From: Octopus sinensis
Lineage: Eukaryota
Assembly (NCBI RefSeq): GCF_006345805.1
Contig: NC_043012.1
Coordinates: 14,136,001 to 14,200,000, forward strand
DNA length: 64,000 nucleotides
Reading direction: 5' to 3'
Shown here: in pieces, positions 53,636 to 64,000 of the stretch
Layout: every line of letters begins with the position of its first letter
Position numbering within the stretch: position 1 is the first letter of the stretch
Notes under the pieces: generated by a model
Database searches by the model: none
Told to the model about the DNA's origin: nothing
What the model saw: only the letters and a program-made list of their open reading frames with translations
Translations under genes and position numbers: made by a program

Positions 53636-53753
53636 GGTTACTGCCTGGAATCAAACTCGGAATCTTGGGGTTAGTAGGCCGCGAGCATATGGCGTAGTGG
53701 TTTAGAGCGTGGGCTAACCCAACATTGTGAGTTCGATTCCAGGCAGTGACCCG

Positions 53754-53823
<70 letters not shown>

Positions 53824-53935
53824 GAAGAAGAAGAAGAAGAAGAAGAAGAAGAAGAAGAATCACCTGATGAAAGTTGGAGGGTATATCAGCCGAAACGGTG
53901 TGTTAACGAACAAGATGAGCACAAATGTAAATAAT
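53480..53935. mobile_element. Head-to-head pair of tRNA-headed SINEs ending in a hammerhead-like motif
   Basis: Plus copy: A-box TGGCGTAGTGG (53690-53700), B-box GAGTTCGATTCC (53729-53740), (TAA)n/(GAA)n, then CTGATGA-A-AGTTG..CAGCC-GAAAC (53864-53896). The minus copy spans 53684 to 53480 with CTGATGA-A-GGCTG. Confidence 0.8.
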
Positions 53936-53953
53936 GTATGTATGTATATATAT

Positions 53954-56900
53954 CAGGGGCGTGCACTCTCAGCAATGCAAGGTATGCGCTGCATGCCTTC
54001 CTTGTTTCAAAGAAAATACGTCCAGTTGTTTTAGAAATATTGTCTCCACTTCGTACATCTGCTTTGATAAATGCTTTTAGAAGATCGCATGATACACACT
54101 CCCTCTCTGTCTGTATTAGTTTGTCCTTCCTTCCTCTCTCTCTCTCTCTATCTTTGTGACTCGATAAATTTATCGCTTGTCATGCGTTGGGAAGACAGCA
54201 TGAGTCCCTTCTCTCTGTCTTTGATAGTTTGTCCCTTCTCCCTCTTTCTTTGTTTAAAAGATATACTACGAGGAATGGTCACCCCCTTCTCTCTCAGCGA
54301 TTCGACAAATTCAGTTTGGCGTGTCATGCTGTGCTTAGATCGCATATCACGCCTCTGGCTATTTTGACCGGAACACGAGCCGTCCCATAATTCTTGTTTT
54401 AGCCAGCTGAAATGTTGGAATAGCCTTCGCATGTAAGTTTGAAATTTTTTATCCAAAACACCCGTTTGCACTATCATATTTTTAGAAAGTTTTGAAAGCA
54501 AAAATATCTACATTATATTTCTTATTTCAGAAATAGCTAATTAATCTTAAATTAATTTAACAAAGGGTATTTTTCCGTTTTGTTGAAATTGACTTAAAAT
54601 TTACGCCGGCGCTTCCACGTGGGTCCTTAATAAGAGCAGCCTTTTTAAAAATGAGTGAAATGTGTGCTATAAACGATATTTGAGAACTAGTTTTTCTAAA
54701 AGGGACTTCGATGGGAAAAAATTAATTATAAATCGCGGGAGACCAACACCGAATTTACCTAATTTGCGAAGCTACAACAAGAAATTCACGAGACAATTTC
54801 AGGTTAATCGTATGAAAAGAAGAAATGGTAACTGGAAGTGTTGCTCTTAATAAATTATTCTGTTGGCCGTGTTTACTTTTTGGTTTAGAAAAAAATGTTT
54901 GGAATGATAAAGGCTATGATTATTTAAATAATTTACATATGGCTATGCTAAAGCACGAGCGTTCTCAAATGCATATAAAATGTTTGATAGACCTTAAAAT
55001 ATTCGGGAATGTTCGCATAGACTTACAATTAGATGCACGTAAAAATCAAAGCATACAACAGCATAATGAGAAAGTTCGACGAAACAGATCCATTCTGCAA
55101 CGATTGATCGATGTTGTTAATTTTTTAGGCCTCCAGGAATTATCGTTTCGGGGTCATTTTGAATCTGAAGGCTCTAATAATCGGGGAAATTATAAAGAAC
55201 TCGTTTATTTGATCAGTAAGTATGACAAACAAATGGAAAGTCATTTAGATACAGCTTCTATCTTCACTGGTCTGTCGAACAGAATTCAAAATGACTTGAT
55301 CGAAGCAATTCATAAAGTTATGTTGAATGAGATGCAGAAGGAAATTGACCAAGCTAAGTTTGTTTCTATTCTTGTTGATGAGACATCTGATGTCTCAGCA
55401 TCTTCACAACTGTCAACAGTTTTACGTTATGTTACAGAGACTGTGTGACGAAAGAACGATTTATCGGTTTTAGTGATGTTAGTGCAGATCGATCTGCAAA
55501 TGCTTTATCTGAACATGTTTTTAAATGCATTGAGACGTGGGAATGTGGAAACAAATTGATTGCGCAGACATATGATGGTGCCGCTACAATGGCAGGACAA
55601 CTAAATGGGTTACAGGCAAAAGTAAGAAAGAAATATGAATGTGCGATCTTTATTCATTGTTGTGCCCATATCCTAAATTTAGTTCTTTCACAATCATGCT
55701 CTGCTATGAAAGAATGCAAGATATTTTTTTCTACAATAAATGGACTCGGTACATTTTTTACGAAATCACCGAAAAGGACTAATGCATTAGATAATATTGT
55801 TAAAAAAAGATTTCCGAAAGCAACAGCAACTAGATGGAATTACTCCTCACGTCTTATTATTACCACAAAGGAAAATTATAATTTCATAATCAGCCTTTTT
55901 GAACACATCATTGAAAATCCTGAAGCATGGGATGAGACCACCATAAATTCAGCAATTGGATTCTTACACATTTTAAAAGCTCCTGATTTCTTATTTTTGT
56001 TAGAGGTATTCAGTGACATTTTTTCTTTTACTGACGTCTTATTTAACATACTCCAGAGTAAAAGTCATGACATAGTGTATTGTAAACAGCAAATAGATAA
56101 AACTAGAACTGTACTCGAAAACAAACTTGATAATTTTTCAGTCTTTTATGATAGGTTAGGGGAAAAATATGGAGTCGATGCAGGAATCGGAATTCAGAGA
56201 TCCAAGAATATATCTATTGATCCCCAACGACATTATAGAACGCTTTATAACAAAATTATAAGTACAATAGTTGACCAAATAAAAGCACGATATTCATCCT
56301 TAGAAGAGTTTAAATTCATGGAACTTTTGAATTTCAACAAAGTTGATGAGTATTGCAAACATTTCCTGTGGACTCTTTAGATTCTTTAAGAACAACTTAT
56401 GGCAGATTTTTTGATGTAATACGATTACAAAGTGAGCTCAATGTGATGTATTCAATGAAAGATTTTAAAAAACCAAGTGTAAGTCATTTAATGAGTTACA
56501 TTAACAGCACTGATCTTGTTGAAGCTATGGCAGAACTCTTCAATCTGTGCAAGTTGATTTTGACAATTCCGTCTACCACTGCTTCTGTAGAGCGATCCTT
56601 TTCTGCATTAAGTAGAATTAAAACATACCAAAGAAATGCGACAGGAGAAAGAAGACTGTCTGGGTTAGCACTAATGTCAATTGAAAAAGATTTATTACAA
56701 GAATTGATGAAAAGAAGATTTCTATGAAAATGTGATAGATATATTTGCCCAGAAAGATCGAAGAATTGAATTAATTTATAAATGAGCTAAGTAACATTTT
56801 AAAACATTAAAAAATATATATATAAAGAGCATATATTACAGGTTTTGCTTAGTGTTTGTTATAACGTAAGGTTCGACCTTCCTACATCAGTATTGTTTCG

Positions 56901-57735
56901 CAGGAGAAATGTTTTGATTTCTTCGTGAAACCTACCTACATAGATTTCCCTTTCTGTGCTGCTGGGTGTAGTCTATTTACGGCCGTAAATAAGTGTTTTG
57001 TTTCACTTTCAATAAGTGTCTTGTTTCAATCTCAGAGATGTTGACTTCTGCCACAACAGTTTTGGGAGGCTTTTTACAATGTTGAATTTTCGCTGTCTTT
57101 CATTGTGTGCGTATTCATGTATATGCGTGTATTTTCAATGTTTGTGCGTGAGACGTAGTCCTTTAATGTACGGAGTTCAGTAAGTCTCAGAACAGTCAAT
57201 AATTTTCCAGGAATTGACAAGTAGCATGATAAAGAACCTGACTTGTCTTCGAGAGCGTAACGATCTAAAACCATGGCCATATAATGTAACTAAATGTGTT
57301 CTTTTAATTAAATCATTTCATTCAGCTCAACCGATAGGTATAGGGGCTAATGCAGAATCGCACCCCTTTGAAAAACGAATTTATGTGAAAATTTTTTTTC
57401 GGATTCCTACCATTAATTCTGAATATGCAAAAATATTGACAGAATCCAATTTCATCTTTATTACATTTCACTTATGATTTTTAGACTTTTCTAAGGGAGA
57501 ATGAGGATGGGAAAGTACTGACGTTTCGAAGAGCAAAGAATAATACAAACAATACACTTATTTCAGGATCATCTCTGCACAGCCATTTTTTATTCCCTGT
57601 TTATTCTGCATATTCAGAATCTCTTATATGTAAATCGTAGGAATACGAAAATGTTTTACTGAAAAATTGCCGGTGGGAGGGGGGGGCAATGAAATTAATT
57701 GCATGCCCAACGCCGGAAGTCACCGCACGCCACTG
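53954..57735 (+). mobile_element. Full-length hAT DNA transposon (3.78 kb) inserted in (TA)n
   Basis: TIRs CAGGGGCGTGC / GCACGCCACTG. 8-bp flanks ATATATAT on both sides. Internal transposase. Confidence 0.92.
54651..56785 (+). pseudogene. hAT transposase (ZMYM1-like DUF4371 region plus hAT dimerisation domain), split by indels
   Basis: LFCWPCLLF, FRGH.E, NRGNYKEL, VDETSDVS, QTYDGAATMAG, HCCAHILNLVL, TRW and SVERSFSAL across ORFs 54662-54850, 54825-55448, 55445-56380 and 56353-56727. Confidence 0.93.
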
Positions 57736-57773
57736 ATATATATATATTATATATATATATATAATATATATAT

Positions 57774-57839
<66 letters not shown>

Positions 57840-58486
57840 TGTGTGCGTGTGTTTGTTTGTAGATATGTGTGTGTTACTGTGGGTGTGTTTACGTTCCCAT
57901 AGCTTAGCGGCTCGGCAAAAACGGTCGATAGAATAAGTACTAAGGTTTTTTTTAAAAAAACTAATAAACAAGGTGGTGCTCCAGCATGGCCGCAGTTAAA
58001 TGACTGGAACAAGTAAATGAGTAAAACAATAAAAGAATACATGGCGCAGATACATCTTTTATATTCAAGAAGTTTCCTTTACAACCATGCGGTTTAGGTT
58101 TCAGTCCTGCTTCAGACAAACATCTTCTACATTAACCAGGGATGACCAACGTCATGTGGGTGAATTTATTTGACCTAGACCGTGTAGAAGCTCGTTGTAG
58201 ATATATGTATACGTATTAATTGGTGATGCTTTCTTCCTTGGAGATTAGTGGTTGGGAAATTTAAAAGGCCAATAGAATATGTATCTGATTTTGAAAGCTT
58301 GGTATCTATTATACCGCTCGCTTTTCTGCCGTACCGCCTCATATGTAACGGTGTCTATTTGATATTCTAAAATCCTTGAAGACACTGCTCCAGTATAGCC
58401 AAAGTCTACTGACTGGAATAAGTAAATGAGCACTAGATCGAGTATTGATATATTTAATGATATAAATATATGTATGTATATATGTA

Positions 58487-58555
<69 letters not shown>

Positions 58556-58800
58556 ATACATACATACATACATACATACATACATACATACGCGTGTGTG
58601 CGTGACTTTTCGTCTGTTTTTGTCCCCGATCACCGCTTGACAACCGGTGGTGGTGTTTTTACGTCCCTGTAACTTAACAGTTTGGCAAATGAAAGAGACT
58701 GAATGAGTAAAGAATAAGTATAAGGGTCGATTCATTCGCCTAAAAAAAATCTTCATGGCGATGCCCCAGTCAAAAGGACTGAAACAAGTAAAAGTTAAAA
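57840..58800. mobile_element. Cluster of partial SINE family B copies
   Basis: Tails at 57840-58035 (+), ~58290-58430 (-, degenerate) and 58600-58800 (+). Confidence 0.75.
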
Positions 58801-60213
58801 GATTATATGTGTGTGTGTGTGTGTGTTTGTGTATGTGTGTGTATACATAATATATATATATATACCCATTAGGAAACACACATATGCATATGAATGTGTT
58901 AGTAAGCGCATACTTTTGAACGCGCGTGTATCTTAAGAGTATATGGGTAAGATAATTAAATACACGTTTTCCCAGAGTTCGTAAGAAGGCTTGTGTGTTA
59001 AAAATGTTGTTAAGATTCAGCACCGCCCCAATATCATCCTCTCTATCCTCTTCATCCTTTCCGCAAAGAATAATTAGATAAATAAATAAGTAAATGTTTC
59101 CACTTCTAGGTTCTACACATTCCCCAAACCCATCATCATTATCACTAAAATATTTACGAAAGTTACTACTAATACTACTGCTTTCACTACCACTCCACCA
59201 GTGCCCCTACCATAACTACAACCACAAAACTATTACCATCTGCTACAATCACTCTTACCAACGCAACCACTTTCACCATCACTATCTTTATCAAAACTAC
59301 TTTCACCAACGTTACCCTCATCACCAACACTAACATTAACACCACCTGTCACCAACTACCACCGCCATTACTTATGTTACCTAGCCACACCACCACCACC
59401 AGCCGAGCGTCCACCATCTGTCCAAACCGAAAGAGCCACCTCCATCCTTTACCCATAACAAGCATCATCATCATAACCCGCATGAATAAAACCAGTAACC
59501 TCTGATAGCAAACACCATGAAAAAAACTATCTCTACCACCACCACCACCATCATCATTTACGCCAAAACCCCTATCACCGATCCCTTTCCCAAAAACTAC
59601 CACCTACACCAGCTCCGCCAAACCACCACTTTTACCATGTAAGAACTTAGACTATTAAACGAGCGACATTTCTCTACAGAGACTGGGAAGGCGTGGGGGG
59701 GGGTAAAGACTCTGTGTCCAACTCTCACATGTTTTCAGGTTGACCTGAATTGAGATGATTCTAAAAACTAAATGAAAAATATCAAAGGAATGATGGAACT
59801 AAAAATGGTAAACTAATTCCCTTGCTTAGCAGTCCTGTCAGCCAGTGTCTCAGAGATTCCTTCTAATTCGCCTGATTTGACGGGGCTTTTGGGTAAGATT
59901 GTCACACACACACCCCTAAACACGTATACACCTATAGAAAATACAGCAAGTACTTTAAACAAATACCGCACGTATACACATACAAAATAATGTTCATACT
60001 GCGATAGAGAGAGAGAAAGAGAGAGAGAGGGGGGGACAGAGGGAGTGACACAGAAACAGAGGGAATATACATACATACTCTAAACCGGCAACTTCTTATC
60101 AATTTAATATTTCTCTTGTCATTCATTGCTTCTGTTACCCACTTAAAAAGCCAAATCATTTCGGGTGGCGAAGAAAACGAGGCGAAAGAGACAATCTTTA
60201 TTACAATACGACT

Positions 60214-60295
60214 ATGTGGTGTCTCGCTTCGGTTTTGCTGTTTTTCACGGGGTTACCCTCTTACGGCAGCGAAAAAGCTGAGAATGAAAACTTAT
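60214..60295 (+). CDS. Candidate first coding exon encoding a signal peptide (host gene, product unknown)
   Basis: ATG..MWCLASVLLFFTGLPSYGSEKAENENL (27 codons) plus 1 nt, then a GTAAGT donor (phase 1). Lies in non-repetitive sequence downstream of GA-rich tracts. Confidence 0.5.
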
Positions 60296-60710
60296 GTAAG
60301 TGAAAGCATGCTGTTAAATATGTTGTTTCGATTTTGTTTACTTAACGTTAATTCATTTTAAATGAAGATAATATGGTTCATCCATCTTTTTGCTGCCAGA
60401 TTCTCCGCTCTCTCCGGTTACACGAGAGAACAGCATGCATGCATACACACATACATACATACATACATACATACATACATACATACATACATACATACAT
60501 ACACACACACATACATTACATACATACATACATACATACATACTTACATGCATACATACATACATACATACATACATACATACATACATACATACAGAGA
60601 AGCATACATACATACATACAGAGAAGCATGCATTCTTATACATACATACATGGAAACACATGTATACATATATATAAATATATATGCATAATATGTGTGC
60701 ACATATATAT

Positions 60711-60756
<46 letters not shown>

Positions 60757-60980
60757 AAAAGAGAGAGAGAAAAAGAGGAGAGATAGGAGGCGCGGTCAAA
60801 CAGACAGACTGGCCGACAGGAAAATCGTGGGGAGGCTAGCAAAATGTGCGATGTTTTATATATATACACACAGGCACAAACATATGTAAAGACAAATTTT
60901 GAATAACATGTATATTCCACTATCTATCTCTCTGTGCATACTTATGTATGTATGTATGTATGTATGTATGTATGTATGTA

Positions 60981-61056
<76 letters not shown>

Positions 61057-61261
61057 ATATATATATATATATATTGTGTGTGTGTTTATAATTGAGCCTA
61101 CTAAGTCGGCATTCTTGGAAGTGGTCAGCCCTGATGTGCAACGGGAACGAATCATGTATTCGTACCTTCTTGATATGTCTCTATATATACATATTTGTAT
61201 GTACTTATATATGCATGCATAGTACATCTGTATATATATATATATATAATATAATATATTA

Positions 61262-61292
<31 letters not shown>

Positions 61293-61318
61293 CATATATT
61301 TATATATATATACATATA

Positions 61319-61361
<43 letters not shown>

Positions 61362-61396
61362 TATATATATATATTTATATATATATACATATAAAC

Positions 61397-61431
<35 letters not shown>

Positions 61432-61849
61432 CATATAACATATATATACATATCAGACATACTGACATACATGCACATAGATATATGTGTGTCTGTCTGT
61501 GTGTGTGTGTGTGTACGAATTATTGCATTGCGTGTACATCAGACATGTGTGCGCATGCAGGCCTATATTTATAAATGTTTACAAAGACAACACAGATATT
61601 TATACACATGTAAGTGACTGAGTGGGGCACGATTCTTGCTGTTTGTGCATTTAAACAACACAGACTGAACCATGTTACACTTTAAACTGACGTTCTGAAT
61701 CTAATGTCACTGATAAGAATTTCTTTTTTCTCTCTCTCTGTTCATACATCATTGTAGTATAAGATGCACGCACACATACACACATACACGCATGCATGCA
61801 TACATACCTACCTACATACATATATGTGCGCGTGGCTTTATGTGTGTGT

Positions 61850-61908
<59 letters not shown>

Positions 61909-62052
61909 CAAGGACAGAAGGAAACATAATAGATTGATAGATAACGGACAGATATAGATTTATACACAGATATATATATACATATATATGCATATATATA
62001 CATACATGCATATATATAATATATATATATAATATATATATTATAATATATA

Positions 62053-62095
<43 letters not shown>

Positions 62096-62339
62096 GCATG
62101 TATGTATATATATGCGTATATATGTATATACTACATGTATAGAGGTATATATATTATACATATATTTATATGTATTTATACATACATGTGTGTCTGTATA
62201 TATGTTTATATATGTATGTATAACCATATACATACATATATACGTATGTTGAGAGAACGGTAGAATCTACTACGTCTGCTCATGTTTGTTGTATGTGTAT
62301 TAGCAGACAGGTGCACAGTAAGTAGCTTTCAAGTCATTG

Positions 62340-63730
62340 ATAACTGGTATCTCCACAGCTCTTTTTTTAGATATATCATCAACGTCGTATACACATTATA
62401 TCATGTTGTTTAAAAACATGTTTTTTGAACAGACATTTTTTAACCACTCTGTATTGTACATTGTACCGCTTTAAACAGGTTATAAATTATATATGTAATC
62501 GTGGAATATTAAAGTACAAGTTGGAATAATGATATGACATGAAGTGGGATGTTATCTACTAATGTGCTATCAGTATGGTAAAGCTAAACTGGAAAGTTAT
62601 AATAAAATGTTTAACGCCACATGAAATTTAAATAGAAATAGATCCATTTAAGATGTGCGAGGAAGTACCTTTCACTGAATTCCAAACTGAACCGGCTCTT
62701 TATTTACAAATGCATCTAACTATTGGTTATGTTTGTTTCAATCTCTAGTTCAACAGTTGTAGTGCAGAGTGAGCTATGAAGAAAAGGGTTAGTGTAGTTA
62801 ACACCCTGTTCTTGTTTATAAATAACTACATTTACGTTAATTGAGTTGGGCTCATTTCCGACAGTCAGTTGTGATGTGAAGGACAAGTGGTTACTATTTC
62901 TAGTAGTTTGAGAAATACATAGTCTCTTCGTTCTTAGCTTCTTTTTAGTATTGCTGTATATAATACATAGAATAAAAAATCGTGGAATATTAAAGTACAT
63001 GTTGAAATAATGATATGACATGGAGTGGAACGCTATCTGCTAATGTGCTATCAGAATTGCTAATTCGCATTAAATTCTGAAAATTCAAAAAACGATTGTA
63101 ATAACTTTGACAACACGATTTAGTTTTCAAATAATGCATCATTTAGATTGTAATTCATGATTATGCCTAATAAGATAATATACTGGAAAATTATTATTTG
63201 CGCATGAAATCTTCAAGTTATTCAACGGGAAATTTCTTTAAAATTTCTTTAAAAATATCATTTCCGCTCGAGCAAATGTTATCAACTTCATGTATTAACG
63301 ATTGATAAACTATATTGATTTGTTAACAGTTACTTGATTCTATTTCCGACGGTTAATTAAACTGAGATATTGCCAAAAGAAAGCGCAGTCTGTCTAGACT
63401 ACAGTGAAGATCGGCATACAACTTAAAGCAATGCATTATTCATTTCGGTCCTGCATGGTATGTCAGTTAGGGTACATCTTTAATCTTTAGTGTTGATGAT
63501 AATATTTCCAACACTTAGGAACATTTGTCTTTAAATGTTATGAAAATTTGCTTTAAACCCACTTTATCACCGCTACTTTATTATCTCCCCTTCTTCCTAG
63601 CTCTGCTATGTGACCCCATGATAGATCGCTAGCCACTACGCATTATTTTCTCTCCTTGTTTCTTCCTGTGTTCCTTTCTGTGGAAGAGCGTAGGCTCGAA
63701 ACATTAAAGACTTTTTCACTTCCCGAGCGT
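62340..63730 (+). mobile_element. Possible highly decayed Penelope-like element ending in a hammerhead-like motif
   Basis: Weak motifs FFRYIIN (cf. RYxDD) and SAVC..YSEDR, with a terminal motif at 63674-63709 shared with 20933. Confidence 0.35.
63674..63709 (+). ncRNA. Variant minimal hammerhead-like motif; homologue at 20933-20962
   Basis: CTTT-CTGTGGA-A-GAGC-GTAG-GCTC-GAAA-CAT-T-AAAG. Stems I and II are present, but core A6 is replaced by U. Confidence 0.4.
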
Positions 63731-63837
63731 TAAACTAATACATCACCTGTGGTGTGTGTGTCTTCGTCTTTTGTTTTTTTGTGACTTCTTCCTATATATA
63801 TATATATACATATTTACATACATACCTGTGTGTGTGT

Positions 63838-63908
<71 letters not shown>

Positions 63909-64000
63909 GCTTATCTCATATAAATATATATGTTAATCTGCTTTCTGTTACAGGCATAATACTTGAATATCTTTTGTTAGTGGGGAGCGGGGAGTTGGCT

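Noticed and set aside
53686-53752. Possible functional tRNA gene
   Set aside because: Acceptor and anticodon stems do not form, and it continues into a SINE body; treated as a SINE head.
54148-54501. 117-aa minus-strand ORF inside the hAT
   Set aside because: It lies in the CT-rich subterminal region and has no recognisable domain.
59090-59640. His/Thr-rich ORFs and a G-rich opposite strand
   Set aside because: A degenerate (CAC/CAT)n low-complexity tract.
615-63936. Dozens of ORFs rich in YI, CV, HT, poly-L/I/N/R/V
   Set aside because: They are translations of (TA)n, (TG)n, (ATT)n, (AAG)n and (CTA)n microsatellites, with no coding signal.

Overview
Eukaryotic, very AT-rich, microsatellite-dense genomic DNA. 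The repeat repertoire suggests a coleoid cephalopod such as Octopus (inference, not verified). There are no prokaryotic features, rRNA or CRISPR arrays, and most ORFs in the track are microsatellite translations. The window is a patchwork of mobile elements: several tRNA-derived SINE families, R4/Dong-clade non-LTR retrotransposon fragments embedded in (TAA)n, a full-length 3.78-kb hAT transposon broken only by small indels, mariner and rosa (DD41D) fragments, pogo- and mariner-type MITEs, a decayed Helitron Rep/helicase, and Penelope-like relics. The most notable signals are hammerhead-ribozyme motifs of the minimal Penelope type in three unrelated contexts. These are (i) both outer ends of a 1.09-kb near-perfect foldback (15943-17035), (ii) the 3' end of a tRNA-headed SINE present as a head-to-head pair (53480-53935), and (iii) a variant family (20933, 63674). 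A probable signal-peptide-encoding first exon of a host gene lies at 60214-60295. Many duplicated segments differ almost only by 1-nt homopolymer indels, so assembly error must be considered throughout. All coordinates were read by eye and element boundaries are approximate.
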